DNA of 64,000 nucleotides from Candidatus Yanofskybacteria bacterium RIFCSPHIGHO2_01_FULL_43_32 (GTDB taxonomy: Bacteria > Patescibacteriota > Minisyncoccia > 2-02-FULL-40-12 > GWA2-44-9), in assembly GCA_001794125.1 (NCBI GenBank), contig MGJF01000002.1, forward strand, positions 108,514-172,513, written 5' to 3'. Positions 16,916 to 27,393 of the stretch are shown one piece after another. Below the pieces are notes generated by a model, which saw only the letters and a program-made list of their open reading frames with translations, was not told the origin of the DNA and ran no database searches. The translations under genes were made by a program, and so were the position numbers. The stretch's first letter is position 1. Each line of letters begins with the position of its first letter.

Positions 16916-17845
16916 ATGCGATCAAAGCTGTATATTTTAGCAATTTCTTTGGCGGGTTTAGTTATTGTGAGCATTCTTTTTGTCATGGATTCTTCTCAAA
17001 AGAACAATCTTGCAAATGCCGAACCGGCTTTTAACAGTTCCCAGGCTTATCTTCTTCCTATTTCCGAGCCGAGTTATTTTCCAATCTATGATTCTAAAAT
17101 CGAAAAACCGGTGATTGACGCTAAAGCGGGCATAGTTTACGATACGCGGTCCGGAAGATTTCTTTTCACAAAGAATTCGAGAATCAAACTGCCCGTTGCT
17201 TCTTTGACCAAGATATTGAGCGCGATTGTTGTATTGGAAAATATTGACACGAAAGAAGCGGTAGTAATTCCGAAAGAGGCGCTTAAGGTTGACGAGGAAA
17301 AGCAGAGCTTGTATCTGGGAGAAGAGATCACGGTTCAGAATCTTCTGAAACTGATGCTGATAGAATCTTCCAACGATGCCGCTTATGCTTTGGCTTGGCA
17401 TGTCAACGGCAAAGGAATCGGTTTCGTGGATAAAATGAACGAAAAAGCCCGGTCACTAAGCATGAACGACTCAAGCTTTCTTGACCCGGCCGGTTTGAGC
17501 GACGATGCTTACTCCACTTCGGAAGATCTGGTGAAGTTGATTAAATATTCCTTTAAACACGATTTGATCTGGCGGATTTTGACCGAGAAAAGCATTATCG
17601 TAAAATCAATCGACGGCAAGATAGAGCATAATGTTGAAAGCACGGACCAGCTTTTGGGAGTTATACCGGATATCTTTGGAGGCAAAACGGGATATACCGA
17701 TAATGCTCTGGGTTGTATGATATTGGTGGTGGATATTCCCGATAAAAATGATAAACTGATAAGCGTGGCACTTGGTTCGCGGTTGCGTTTTGACGACACA
17801 AAAAAATTAATCGACTGGGCTAAATCGGCACATAGATGGGACTAA
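16916..17845 (+). CDS. D-alanyl-D-alanine carboxypeptidase (peptidase S11, PBP5/6-like)
   Basis: SxxK (ASLTK), SxN (SSND), KTG (KTGYT) motifs, N-terminal signal/TM. Confidence 0.75.
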   Translation: MRSKLYILAISLAGLVIVSILFVMDSSQKNNLANAEPAFNSSQAYLLPISEPSYFPIYDSKIEKPVIDAKAGIVYDTRSGRFLFTKNSRIKLPVASLTKILSAIVVLENIDTKEAVVIPKEALKVDEEKQSLYLGEEITVQNLLKLMLIESSNDAAYALAWHVNGKGIGFVDKMNEKARSLSMNDSSFLDPAGLSDDAYSTSEDLVKLIKYSFKHDLIWRILTEKSIIVKSIDGKIEHNVESTDQLLGVIPDIFGGKTGYTDNALGCMILVVDIPDKNDKLISVALGSRLRFDDTKKLIDWAKSAHRWD

Positions 17846-18939
17846 ACTCTGAAATCTTCTCGGTTTTGAATGTGGTCAGAATATTCGTGGCGACCGCCTT
17901 GGCTTTTTTTGTTGCCTTATTAATCACCCCTGTCTGGACCAAAATTTTGCATAAATATAAGTTGGGAAAGCAAATTCGAACCGATACGGCATTTAAAAGT
18001 TTGCATACCGAAGGCGGACCGATTGCCGCAAAATTGCACCAGGCCAAAGAAGGAACTCCGACTATGGGCGGGGTGGTCATGTGGACAACGGTAGCGATTC
18101 TGACGATAGGTTTCTGGTTGCCGGCGCTCTATTTTGACGGGTTTTGGACGAGGATGAATTTTTTTAGCCGCTCTCAAACCTGGCTGCCTTTGGGGGTAAT
18201 GATATTCGGCGCGCTTTTGGGAGCCCTTGACGATTATATGGGAATCTTGCGCGTTGGTCCCAAAGGCGGCGGATTACGCATGAGTTACCGCATACTATTG
18301 TATATTTTGGCGGGCGCTGTCGGGGCGTGGTGGTTTTATTTCAAACTCGGTTTTAACAGCGTCAATTTCCCCTTTTTGGGCGACTTTTTGATCGGCTGGT
18401 GGTATATACCGTTTTTTGTTTTTACAATCGTGGCGACGGCGTTTTCCGCCAACGAGACAGACGGCTTGGATGGTTTGGCGGGCGGGATTTTTTTGACCAT
18501 GTTCGGGGCTTACGCGGTTATTGCGTTCGATCAGGGAAGAATGGACCTGGTAGTATTTCTCTCCGCTATCATGGGTTCTTTGGTCGCTTTTCTTTGGTTC
18601 AATATCTATCCGGCCAGATTTTTCATGGGGGATACCGGCTCAATGTCGCTGGGAGTTACTTTGGGCGTTGTGGCCATGCTTACGAATACTCCGTTTCTCC
18701 TGATCCCGATAGGCATTATTTTTTTTATTGAATCCGGTTCGGTGATTATTCAGCTAACTTCAAAAAAATTAAGGGGCAAGAAAATATTTTTATCTACTCC
18801 CATCCACCATCACTTCGAAGCTCTCGGCTGGCACGAAACGCAGGTAACGATGCGCTTCTGGATGATATCGGCCGTCGGCGCGATAATCGGACTTATTATA
18901 TTTCTTGTGGACAGCAAGATACCGCCATTGTTCAGGTAA
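17836..18939 (+). CDS. mraY: phospho-N-acetylmuramoyl-pentapeptide transferase
   Basis: NETDGLDGLAGG and 10-TM layout. Confidence 0.85.
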   Translation: MGLNSEIFSVLNVVRIFVATALAFFVALLITPVWTKILHKYKLGKQIRTDTAFKSLHTEGGPIAAKLHQAKEGTPTMGGVVMWTTVAILTIGFWLPALYFDGFWTRMNFFSRSQTWLPLGVMIFGALLGALDDYMGILRVGPKGGGLRMSYRILLYILAGAVGAWWFYFKLGFNSVNFPFLGDFLIGWWYIPFFVFTIVATAFSANETDGLDGLAGGIFLTMFGAYAVIAFDQGRMDLVVFLSAIMGSLVAFLWFNIYPARFFMGDTGSMSLGVTLGVVAMLTNTPFLLIPIGIIFFIESGSVIIQLTSKKLRGKKIFLSTPIHHHFEALGWHETQVTMRFWMISAVGAIIGLIIFLVDSKIPPLFR

Positions 18940-18965
18940 TTAAAAACCGAGAAAATTTTCTCGGT

Positions 18966-20831
18966 TCAAACAGGCGGTTCTGTTGGCATCTCAAACTGTT
19001 TTTTATACAATTCTTGGTACAGTTCGCATCGTCCCAGAAGTTCCTGACTAGTGCCGTGATCCACTATTCCGCCCTTATTAAGGACGACGATCATATCCGC
19101 GCTTACTATTGTGGAAAGGCGGTGGGCAATAATGATTGCCGTTTTTCCTTCTATTAATTTCCAGAGCGCTTCCTGAACCAATGACTCTGAAAGTGAGTCC
19201 AGGTGTGAAGTGGCTTCGTCCATGATAATGACCGAAGCATTCTGAAGAACGGCCCGGGCGATGGAAATTCTCTGCTGTTCTCCGCCCGATAATCTGACAC
19301 CTTTTTCGCCGATGAGTGTGTCGTAGCCCTTAGGTTTTTTGGTAATGAATTCGTGGGCGTTGGCTATTTTTGCCGCATTCACAATCTCTTCGTCTGTGGC
19401 GTTCTCTCTGCCGTAGGCTATATTTTCTTTTATGGTTCTGGAGAAAAGAAGAGCGTGCTGAGGCACTACGGTGATAAGCTCGTGTAGGCACCGGCTGTCG
19501 ATATTTCTCAAATCAACGCCGTCTATCGTAATTGTTCCGGCTGTCGAGTCGTAATATCTGTGAATAAGATTGGCCATGGTGCTTTTGCCGGAACCGGTGG
19601 GCCCGACGAATGCAACCTTTGAACCGGCGGGGATGAACAGGTCCATGTCTTCAAGAATTTGTTCGGCTTTATCGCCGTCTAACTTTGAAGTTTCCGAATA
19701 TGCGTCATCGGAATTTTCAATACTTTCCGGTATTTCAAAGTCTTCATACCTGAACGATACTCCTCTGAACTTAATGCCCTTCTTCACTCTGGACAACTTA
19801 ATCGGGTCCGGCGCTTCTCTGAGTCTGGGCTTTATATCCATCAAATCCGTAAATCTTTTCGCTTTCGAAAGTTCTATCTGCATCATCAGATATGTGGTTA
19901 TCATGTCCAGCAGGGGCTGGTATATCATTGATGTATAGGCAAGGAACATGACTATCTCTCCCACCGTCGTCATTTTTTTGGCGACCAGATAGGTCCCCAA
20001 TATGATAACGGAGATCCGGCCCAGGACTTCAAAAAATGAGGCCGAGAATCCGAGAATTCTCCACCATTTTGCGATAGCGAGTTTCAGCTTAAGCGCCGCC
20101 TGGCTATCTTTGTCAAAAAGAGCCAGTTCATGTTCGGCGGCATTGAAAGATATTACGGCTCCAATGTTGTTGATGCCTTCATAAGCGCGATGATAAGCTT
20201 TTTCGTAAAGCTTGTTTATCTTGGATTGGTTGGCATAAATTGGACCGGCTTTCTTCAGAGAGAAATATATATGCAGCGGTATGAAAAATACTGATGCCAA
20301 CGCCAGATACTTGTTCTGATAGGTTATCCAGACTATCAGGCAGACAATATTTACTATTCCGGGCAGGAAGAACTTGGCGATGTTCTCGTGGAGGATGCGA
20401 GTGAGGCTGTCTATGCCCCGGTCTACTCTTGAGAGTATCTCGCCCGAATTCTTGCTGTTATGGAAAGACATGTCCAAGGATTGAAGATGTGAAAGCGAGC
20501 TTCTGAACATTTTCGCTTCCACCAAACTCACAATCTCAAGGCTCAGATAAGAATAGAAGGAAAAGATCAAGCTTGTGCCTATTCTTAAGAAAAGAATAAG
20601 ACTGCAGATTTTCACCGCGCCCCAGAGCGCCGTATTCATGTTTATCTCTCCCGAGACTCCGCCGACAAGCACTTCATCGACCAGTTTCTTGTATAAGTAT
20701 GGGTCGATAAGGCGTATCAAGGCGAAAAGTATCGTTCCGGCGATGATTATCGCCAATTTCAGCTTGTAAGGAACCAAATAGGGCCATGCCCTTATTATGC
20801 TCTTAACTATGCCGTCTTTATTTTTTACCAC
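18966..20831 (-). CDS. ABC transporter, fused permease/ATP-binding exporter (MsbA-like)
   Basis: Six N-terminal TMs, Walker A GPTGSGKST, signature LSGGEQQRISIARA, Walker B IIMDEATS. Confidence 0.8.
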   Translation of the reverse strand: MVKNKDGIVKSIIRAWPYLVPYKLKLAIIIAGTILFALIRLIDPYLYKKLVDEVLVGGVSGEINMNTALWGAVKICSLILFLRIGTSLIFSFYSYLSLEIVSLVEAKMFRSSLSHLQSLDMSFHNSKNSGEILSRVDRGIDSLTRILHENIAKFFLPGIVNIVCLIVWITYQNKYLALASVFFIPLHIYFSLKKAGPIYANQSKINKLYEKAYHRAYEGINNIGAVISFNAAEHELALFDKDSQAALKLKLAIAKWWRILGFSASFFEVLGRISVIILGTYLVAKKMTTVGEIVMFLAYTSMIYQPLLDMITTYLMMQIELSKAKRFTDLMDIKPRLREAPDPIKLSRVKKGIKFRGVSFRYEDFEIPESIENSDDAYSETSKLDGDKAEQILEDMDLFIPAGSKVAFVGPTGSGKSTMANLIHRYYDSTAGTITIDGVDLRNIDSRCLHELITVVPQHALLFSRTIKENIAYGRENATDEEIVNAAKIANAHEFITKKPKGYDTLIGEKGVRLSGGEQQRISIARAVLQNASVIIMDEATSHLDSLSESLVQEALWKLIEGKTAIIIAHRLSTIVSADMIVVLNKGGIVDHGTSQELLGRCELYQELYKKQFEMPTEPPV

Positions 20832-20939
20832 TTTCGGTCGCCTCCCGTGTATTGAAAAAGAACGTCAGAATATCATACAGTATGGGACATTCATTGTCAA
20901 ATGTCAATCACTGATATTAAATGCTAACATCATAAATAA

Positions 20940-22019
20940 ATGGACAGAAGATTATTGGCCATAACTCTGATATTGATTATTTTCGGTCTGGTTGTTTTGT
21001 CTTCGGCCGGAATCGCGGACGGCCAAAAGAAATTCAGTTCGCCTTATTATTATCTGACTCATCAGTTGCTGTACGGTGTCATGCCCGGTCTTGCCGGGAT
21101 GTTTGTCTTCTCCCTGATAAATTATAAGTTTTGGAAAAAAATTTCACTGTTTGTTTTGGTCGGTTCATTGGCGCTGATGATAATGATATTCATGCCCGGT
21201 TTCGGACACGGGCTAAAAGGAGCGACTCGCTGGATAAGTTTGGGAGTATTTTCTTTTCAGCCGTCCGAAATACTCAAACTCTCCCTGATAATATATTTGG
21301 CGGCATGGTTCGGAAACAGAGATGAGAGAACCAAGAAGTGGTCTTACGGTATGTTGCCGTTTCTGATAGTCCTGTCTTTCGTGGCGCTTCTTCTTTTTCT
21401 TCAGCCGGACATCGGTACTTTGATAGTGGTTTCTTTAATCGCTCTGGGGATTTATTTTCTGGCCGGTCCGAGCTACAAACAATTCGCCGGAATTTTGCTG
21501 ATCCTGTTTTTGGGCCTGTCGGCCATAATCGTTGTCGAGCCGTACCGCTTTGACCGACTAAAAGCTTTTTGGGATCCGTCGGTAGACACGAAAGGAATTT
21601 CGTATCAGATAAACCAATCCCTGATTTCAATCGGTTCGGGAGGGTTGCTCGGGGTCGGTTACAATAATAGTTCTCAAAAGCAGGGAGGATTTTTGCCGGA
21701 AGTGATAGGCGACTCTATTTTTGCGATTATTGCCGAAGAGTTGGGGTTGGTGGGCTCGGCGCTTACTGTCGGATTGTTCGGAATACTGTGTTTCTTTATG
21801 ATAAACGTAGCCAAAAATGCATCCGACAAGTTCGGGACCTTGCTGGTAATGGGTATCAATATTTGGATAATGTCCCAGGCATTCGTGAACATAGCCGCCA
21901 TTTCCGGTCTTGTTCCTTTGACCGGGATTCCTTTGCCGTTCATAAGCTACGGCGGCACCGCTCTCGCGGTTCTTTTGTCGGGGATGGGGATGGTGTTTAA
22001 TGTGGCCCGGCACTCTTAG
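20940..22019 (+). CDS. ftsW: SEDS-family peptidoglycan glycosyltransferase FtsW/RodA
   Basis: 10-TM SEDS protein. Conserved loop FLPEVIGDSIFAIIAEELG. Confidence 0.8.
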   Translation: MDRRLLAITLILIIFGLVVLSSAGIADGQKKFSSPYYYLTHQLLYGVMPGLAGMFVFSLINYKFWKKISLFVLVGSLALMIMIFMPGFGHGLKGATRWISLGVFSFQPSEILKLSLIIYLAAWFGNRDERTKKWSYGMLPFLIVLSFVALLLFLQPDIGTLIVVSLIALGIYFLAGPSYKQFAGILLILFLGLSAIIVVEPYRFDRLKAFWDPSVDTKGISYQINQSLISIGSGGLLGVGYNNSSQKQGGFLPEVIGDSIFAIIAEELGLVGSALTVGLFGILCFFMINVAKNASDKFGTLLVMGINIWIMSQAFVNIAAISGLVPLTGIPLPFISYGGTALAVLLSGMGMVFNVARHS

Positions 22020-22051
22020 GGCGATACTTATTAATAATCAAAAAACCGCTG

Positions 22052-22315
22052 TTAAGCGGTTTTTTGAAGAAGGAGAGTGGTGTTGGATTTGAGGCGGGAG
22101 GCTTTATTTTTTTTGATGACTCCAGATTTGGTTGCTTTGTCTAATGTTTGGTAGACCTTCGGCAACATCTTCTTGGCCTCGTCTTTTTTGCCTGCGGCAA
22201 TTAGCTTTCGGAAATCCTTTACCATGGCTTTGTAAGCGACAATTTTCCTTGTATTTCTAACCCTCCTTGTTTTATTTTGTCTTAGCGCCTTTTTGGCGGA
22301 TTTTGTAATGGGCAT
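22052..22315 (-). CDS. rpsT: 30S ribosomal protein S20
   Basis: MPITKSAKKALRQNKTRRVRN... is canonical for S20. Confidence 0.85.
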   Translation of the reverse strand: MPITKSAKKALRQNKTRRVRNTRKIVAYKAMVKDFRKLIAAGKKDEAKKMLPKVYQTLDKATKSGVIKKNKASRLKSNTTLLLQKTA

Positions 22316-22414
22316 AGTTTATTTATTTAAGCTTGATTATCTTACTATATTAAAGCATATTTTGCAACAATTCCTTTTAGTTTGAACTTTTATTGCCAAT
22401 TGTCGTCTATTACC

Positions 22415-22500
22415 CAGGCAACCGGCGGAGGGCATGCCCTTTTATAAAATTAGCAAGATTTTAGAAAAGGGCATGCCGCAGCATGCATGGAGGTTGTGTC
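22415..22500 (-). repeat. Rep-B hairpin repeat, copy D (reverse orientation)
   Basis: Reverse complement: cacaacctccatgcatgctgcggcatgccc[ttttctaaaatcttgctaattttataaaa]gggcatgccctccgccggttg. Confidence 0.55.
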
Positions 22501-22516
22501 AACTATAGTTCAGATA

Positions 22517-24520
22517 TTACACCGCCGATTCGCTTTTTAGTTTTCTAATCTGTTCTTTTAATCCTAATGCCGTTTCGTAATCCATCTTTCGGATTGCCTT
22601 GTCCATCATCTTCTGGAGCTGTTTCATGGCATTCTGTCTTGATCCGTTGGTGAAGAAAATTATTTCATTGTCGCCGTTGCCGTATTTTTGTATCTCTTTC
22701 TGGCTGATAGGCAGGTCGAAGTTGCCTATTTCTTTTATAATCGTCCGAGGGGTTATGCCGTTTTCTTTGTTATGTTTTTCCTGTTTTTTCCGGCGCCTCT
22801 GTGTTTCTTTAACGGCAAAGTCAATGGATTTGGTTATTTTGTCGGCATACATGATAACGTGGCCGTTAACATTTCTTGCGGCGCGGCCCATTGTTTGGAT
22901 AAGAGTGGTGGCGTTTCTTAAAAATCCTTCTTTATCGGCATCCAATATCGCTATCAAAGAAACTTCAGGCAGATCCAGCCCCTCTCTCAAAAGATTCACC
23001 CCTACTAAAACATCGTAATTGCCGAGCCGGAGATCTTTTAATATTTTAAGCCGTTCGAGTGTTTTTATTTCAGAATGAAGGTAGTTGACCTTGATGCCTT
23101 GCTCCGCCAAATGTTCGGCCAAATCCTCGGCCATACGTTTGGTAAGGGTTGTAACAATTACCCGTTCGCCGTTCTTGGTTCTGGTTTTGATATTTTCCAC
23201 CAAATGGAGAATCTGGCCTTCCGTCGGCCTTATTTCTATGGTCGGATCCAAGAGCCCGGTCGGTCTGATAAGCTGTTCGGCGATGCCCTCTTTGCCGGCT
23301 TCACCCATCTCATATTTAGCCGGTGTTGCCGAAGTATAGATGGTTTTTTGGATTCTTTTTTGGAACTCCGGAAATTTTAGCGGGCGATTGTCTATGGCTG
23401 AAGGCAATCTGAATCCATAATCAACAAGAGTGGATTTTCTGGAATGATCGCCGGTAAACATTGAACGAAGCTGGGGAATTGTAATATGCGACTCGTCGAT
23501 TATCGTCAGGAACTCGCCCTTGGACAAAAAGAAATCCAAAAGCGAATAAGGGGGTTCTCCCTCTTTTCTGAAATCAAGGTGGCGGGAATAATTTTCAATT
23601 CCGTGGCAGTATCCCGTCTGACGCATCATTTCTATGTCTTGCAGGGTTTTTTCCTGAAGCCTGGAAGCTTCTTCAAATTTCTTTTCTTTTTTCAAGTGTT
23701 TAACGTGCTTCTGGAGCTCGCTTTTTATGTTTTCTATTGCCAGGCCTATTTTATCGTCCGAGGTTATCCAATATTTGGCCGGGAAGACGGAGGTCTCGAC
23801 TATTTTTTCGTATTTTAGGTCCTTCATCTCCAATTCTTCCGGGTCTGAAATAATTGCGCGTAATATTTTTTCTATTTTTTCGTTGCGAAATTTTATTTTA
23901 ATTACCTCTTGGGCGCTTGGGGCGACTATTTCCACCTCATCGGTTGTTTTTCTGAAACAGCCCCTTTTAAGTTCAATGTCGGGAATATATTGAAGGCGTA
24001 AAAGCCCCCGCACAAGTTCCTGTGAACTCATTTTTTTATTTTCAAATATCTGGAGGCCAAGGTTTTTATAGTCCTCGGGCGAGCCGAGATTGTATATGCA
24101 GGAAACAGAAGCCACTATTATTACATCATCCCGGCTGATCAGGGCTTGAGTGGCGGCATGTCTTAATCGGTCTATTTCCTGGTTTATTTTGGAGTCTTTT
24201 TCTATGTAGGTGTCGGTATGGGGGATATATGCTTCCGGCTGATAATAGTCATAATAGCTTACAAAGTAGTGAACGGCATTTTTAGGGAAAAATTCTTTGA
24301 ACTCTTTGTATAGTTGGGCAGCAAGAGTTTTGTTGTGAGAGATGATAAGGGTTGGTTTTTTGTGGTATTCAATTACTTTTGCCATTGTAAAAGTCTTGCC
24401 CGAACCGGTAACGCCCAAAAGCACCTGATGTTTTTGTCCGGATTTCAAACCGCCGATTAATTTGGCTATCGCGGCCGGCTGGTCTCCGGTGGGTTGGAAT
24501 TTTGAGTTGAGCTTAAACAT
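22517..24520 (-). CDS. uvrB: excinuclease ABC subunit B
   Basis: GVTGSGKT Walker A, helicase motifs, C-terminal UVR domain. Confidence 0.9.
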   Translation of the reverse strand: MFKLNSKFQPTGDQPAAIAKLIGGLKSGQKHQVLLGVTGSGKTFTMAKVIEYHKKPTLIISHNKTLAAQLYKEFKEFFPKNAVHYFVSYYDYYQPEAYIPHTDTYIEKDSKINQEIDRLRHAATQALISRDDVIIVASVSCIYNLGSPEDYKNLGLQIFENKKMSSQELVRGLLRLQYIPDIELKRGCFRKTTDEVEIVAPSAQEVIKIKFRNEKIEKILRAIISDPEELEMKDLKYEKIVETSVFPAKYWITSDDKIGLAIENIKSELQKHVKHLKKEKKFEEASRLQEKTLQDIEMMRQTGYCHGIENYSRHLDFRKEGEPPYSLLDFFLSKGEFLTIIDESHITIPQLRSMFTGDHSRKSTLVDYGFRLPSAIDNRPLKFPEFQKRIQKTIYTSATPAKYEMGEAGKEGIAEQLIRPTGLLDPTIEIRPTEGQILHLVENIKTRTKNGERVIVTTLTKRMAEDLAEHLAEQGIKVNYLHSEIKTLERLKILKDLRLGNYDVLVGVNLLREGLDLPEVSLIAILDADKEGFLRNATTLIQTMGRAARNVNGHVIMYADKITKSIDFAVKETQRRRKKQEKHNKENGITPRTIIKEIGNFDLPISQKEIQKYGNGDNEIIFFTNGSRQNAMKQLQKMMDKAIRKMDYETALGLKEQIRKLKSESAV

Positions 24521-24542
24521 TTTTAATGATAACCTTTTAGTG

Positions 24543-25133
24543 ATGATTAGTTATCTTGAAGGGAAAATTGAACATTCGGGGGATAGATTCGTGATTTTGA
24601 ACACGGGCGGTATAGGGTATAAGGTGAATATAGTCCCCAAATTGTTAAATAGTATATCAAAAAGTCAAGACAAGGTCAAGTTGTTCGTGCACTCACAACT
24701 GAACATGAGAGAGGGTACCTTTGATATGTATGGATTTGTTGACAGGGAAGGACTGGAACTCTTTAACTTGCTTATCAGCGTATCGGGAATAGGCCCCAAG
24801 AACGCTTTGAATATAATGTCTTCGGTGGAGCCGAAACATTTGAAGGCGGCGGTGGTAAACAATGACCCGGAGTATTTAAAAAAGATATCAGGTTTGGGAC
24901 CTAAAACCGCGCAGAGATTGATATTGGAACTGCAAAACAAGGTTGATTATCTTGAAATTGGAGACATGAAAGGGATGGATCTGGGCCAGGAAGGAGAGGC
25001 GATGGAAGCATTGGTGGCTCTTGGCTATACTCTTAGCCAAGCCAAAGATGCGCTCAAGGAAGACGCAAAGGGCAAAACATTGGAACAAAGGGTAAGAGAG
25101 GCACTCAAATTATTGGGGAAAAACCGCAGATGA
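24543..25133 (+). CDS. ruvA: Holliday junction DNA helicase RuvA
   Basis: MISYLEGKI..., tandem HhH (LISVSGIGPKNAL, ISGLGPKTAQRL). Start placed at the in-frame ATG 24543. Confidence 0.8.
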   Translation: MISYLEGKIEHSGDRFVILNTGGIGYKVNIVPKLLNSISKSQDKVKLFVHSQLNMREGTFDMYGFVDREGLELFNLLISVSGIGPKNALNIMSSVEPKHLKAAVVNNDPEYLKKISGLGPKTAQRLILELQNKVDYLEIGDMKGMDLGQEGEAMEALVALGYTLSQAKDALKEDAKGKTLEQRVREALKLLGKNRR

Positions 25134-25134
25134 G

Positions 25135-26052
25135 ATGACGAAATCTTTTCTACAAACACAAGATTGGCTGGATTTCCAGAAACATATTGGGCGGAAGACC
25201 TGGAGATTTGATGACGGAAAAATAAAAGCTAATATCATTCAACACGACTTACCTTTCGGGAAAAATTACCTTTACATTCCTCACGGACCGGAAGTTTGTT
25301 TTGGAGAAATTCAGAGCGGCCTAAAAAATGAAGTAGATAATTTTTTGAAATATTTAAAAGACCTCGGAAGGAAAAATAAATCCATTTTCGTGAAAATGGA
25401 GCCGTTGGAAGATGTGGCGATGGAAGTTATTTACCGCAAGAACTTGAAAAAATCTAAAAAATCAATCCAGCCGACAAAAACCGTCCTTGTAGATTTAAAC
25501 ATTCCAGAAGAAGTGCTTTTGTCAAAGATGCACCACAAGACGCGATACAATATTCACTTGGCCGAAAAGAAGGGGTTGAAACCGGAAGAAAAGGAAGACG
25601 TCAAAGAATTTTGGAAATTATTGGAAAAAACCGCCAAGAATGATAATTTTTCAACGCACAACCATGAATATTATGAAAAATTGATGGAGTTCTTTTCTAC
25701 CGACAAAGAACTTAAGACAAAAATGGTTTTTGAAATGTCCGGGGATAAGGCAGTAGCCGGAGCAGTATTATTAACTTATGGTGATACGGTTTATTATCTT
25801 CACGGAGCGATGGACCGTGATTATAAAAGCTGGATGGCGCCATACCTGATGCATTGGGAAATTATGAAGTGGGCCAAAGCGCAGGGGTACCATTATTATG
25901 ATTTCTGGGGAATTGACGCCAAACGCTGGCCGGGAGTGACCAGATTCAAACTCGGCTTCGGCGGCCACGAAACGGAATATCCCGGTTCATTCGACCTGCC
26001 CATTTCAAAAATCTGGTATCTGATATATAAAATTTCAAGAAAAATATTTTAG
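25135..26052 (+). CDS. FemAB-family aminoacyl-tRNA-dependent peptidoglycan bridge transferase (FemX-like)
   Basis: Pfam FemAB-like blocks (KTRYNIHLAEKKG, YYLHGAM, YLMHWEIMKWAKAQGYHYYDFWGI). Confidence 0.65.
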   Translation: MTKSFLQTQDWLDFQKHIGRKTWRFDDGKIKANIIQHDLPFGKNYLYIPHGPEVCFGEIQSGLKNEVDNFLKYLKDLGRKNKSIFVKMEPLEDVAMEVIYRKNLKKSKKSIQPTKTVLVDLNIPEEVLLSKMHHKTRYNIHLAEKKGLKPEEKEDVKEFWKLLEKTAKNDNFSTHNHEYYEKLMEFFSTDKELKTKMVFEMSGDKAVAGAVLLTYGDTVYYLHGAMDRDYKSWMAPYLMHWEIMKWAKAQGYHYYDFWGIDAKRWPGVTRFKLGFGGHETEYPGSFDLPISKIWYLIYKISRKIF

Positions 26053-27321
26053 ATGTTCAAGGAATCTTTACTTGATAAAACTTTATATCGCATCAAGAGA
26101 TTGATACCCAAATCGGTATTTGATTTTTTTGCGCCGTATTATCATGCCGCATTGGCCCACGCCGGCAGTATTATTTACGCGAATCCTTCCAAATCGTTGA
26201 AAGTCATCGGCGTTACCGGAACCAAAGGCAAATCAACTACGGTTTACTTGATTTCTAAAATTTTCGAAGGGGCCGGTATCCCAATAGCCGCAATCGGCTC
26301 TTTGGGGTTTAAAATAAAAGATAAAGAATGGCCGAATACTTTGAAAATGACCATGCCGGGCAGATTTAAACTCCAGAAATTTTTTTATGAAGCCAAAAAA
26401 GCGGGGTGTAAATATGTCGCGCTTGAAGTGACTTCCGAAGGTATTAAGCAGAAACGGCATTTGGGCATCAATTTTGACTGCGCCGTTTTTACCAACCTGC
26501 ACAGAGAACATCTTGAAAGCCACGGTTCTTTTGAGAATTACTATAAAGCGAAACAGGAATTATTTGCCAGAACTTCGAATGTTCATGTTTTAAACGCCGA
26601 TGACAAGAATGTGGAATTATTTTCCAAGTTTTCCTCAAAACGCACGATATTTTACGGCATTGAAAATGGCGATTTAAAAGCTGTGAATTTAGATTTGAAG
26701 CCGGACAGGGCCTCGTTTGAGGTTTACGGAACTAAATTTGATATTAATTTCGGAGGCAGGTTTAATGTTTTAAATTGTCTTGCGGCTTTGTCCGCCGCCG
26801 CCATGTACGGGATTGATCTTCCAAGAACAAAGCCGGCTCTTGAAAAAATAAAGGATATTCCGGGAAGAATGGAATTCATTCAAAAAGAACCGTTTGGCGC
26901 GGTGGTAGATTATGCTCATACTCCGGATTCATTGGAAGCGGTATATAAAACCCTAAAAAACGATTGCCATAAACTGATTTGTGTTTTGGGCGCCGCCGGA
27001 GGAGGAAGAGATAAGTGGAAGAGGCCGGAGTTCGGAAGAATTGCCGGCGAATATTGCGACGAAATAATCCTGACAGACGAGGATCCCTATGAAGAAGATC
27101 CGGAAAAAATAATCAACGAAGTTGCGTCGGGCATAAAGCTTGGCAAACGGATAACAATAGTATTGGACCGCAAAGAAGCCATCAAAACAGCCTTAGACAA
27201 GGCCGAAAAAGGCGATACCGTAGTGATAACGGGAAAGGGTTCGGAGGTTTCCATGGCCGTTGCCGGCGAAAGAAAAATACCCTGGTCCGACAAAGAAATT
27301 GTGCGCGGACTTTTGAAATAG
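26053..27321 (+). CDS. murE: UDP-N-acetylmuramoyl-L-alanyl-D-glutamate ligase (MurE-type Mur ligase)
   Basis: P-loop GVTGTKGKSTT and VVDYAHTPDSLEAV (MurE-type DYAHTPDAL). Confidence 0.7.
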   Translation: MFKESLLDKTLYRIKRLIPKSVFDFFAPYYHAALAHAGSIIYANPSKSLKVIGVTGTKGKSTTVYLISKIFEGAGIPIAAIGSLGFKIKDKEWPNTLKMTMPGRFKLQKFFYEAKKAGCKYVALEVTSEGIKQKRHLGINFDCAVFTNLHREHLESHGSFENYYKAKQELFARTSNVHVLNADDKNVELFSKFSSKRTIFYGIENGDLKAVNLDLKPDRASFEVYGTKFDINFGGRFNVLNCLAALSAAAMYGIDLPRTKPALEKIKDIPGRMEFIQKEPFGAVVDYAHTPDSLEAVYKTLKNDCHKLICVLGAAGGGRDKWKRPEFGRIAGEYCDEIILTDEDPYEEDPEKIINEVASGIKLGKRITIVLDRKEAIKTALDKAEKGDTVVITGKGSEVSMAVAGERKIPWSDKEIVRGLLK

Positions 27322-27331
27322 AAATTCAAGC

Positions 27332-27360
27332 TTGTCAATTAAATTATACTGCTGTATAGT
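27332..27360 (+). promoter_or_regulatory. near-consensus promoter TTGTCA-17-TATAGT upstream of the HNH gene
   Basis: TTGTCA 27332-27337, TATAGT 27355-27360. Confidence 0.45.
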
Positions 27361-27393
27361 CTACTCAATAGCCCGTTGACATGAAGGTTCCTC

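Noticed and set aside
22599-23818. Several 80-140-aa ORFs antisense to uvrB
   Set aside because: They lie inside a well-conserved uvrB coding sequence, have low-complexity translations and no starts with an RBS.
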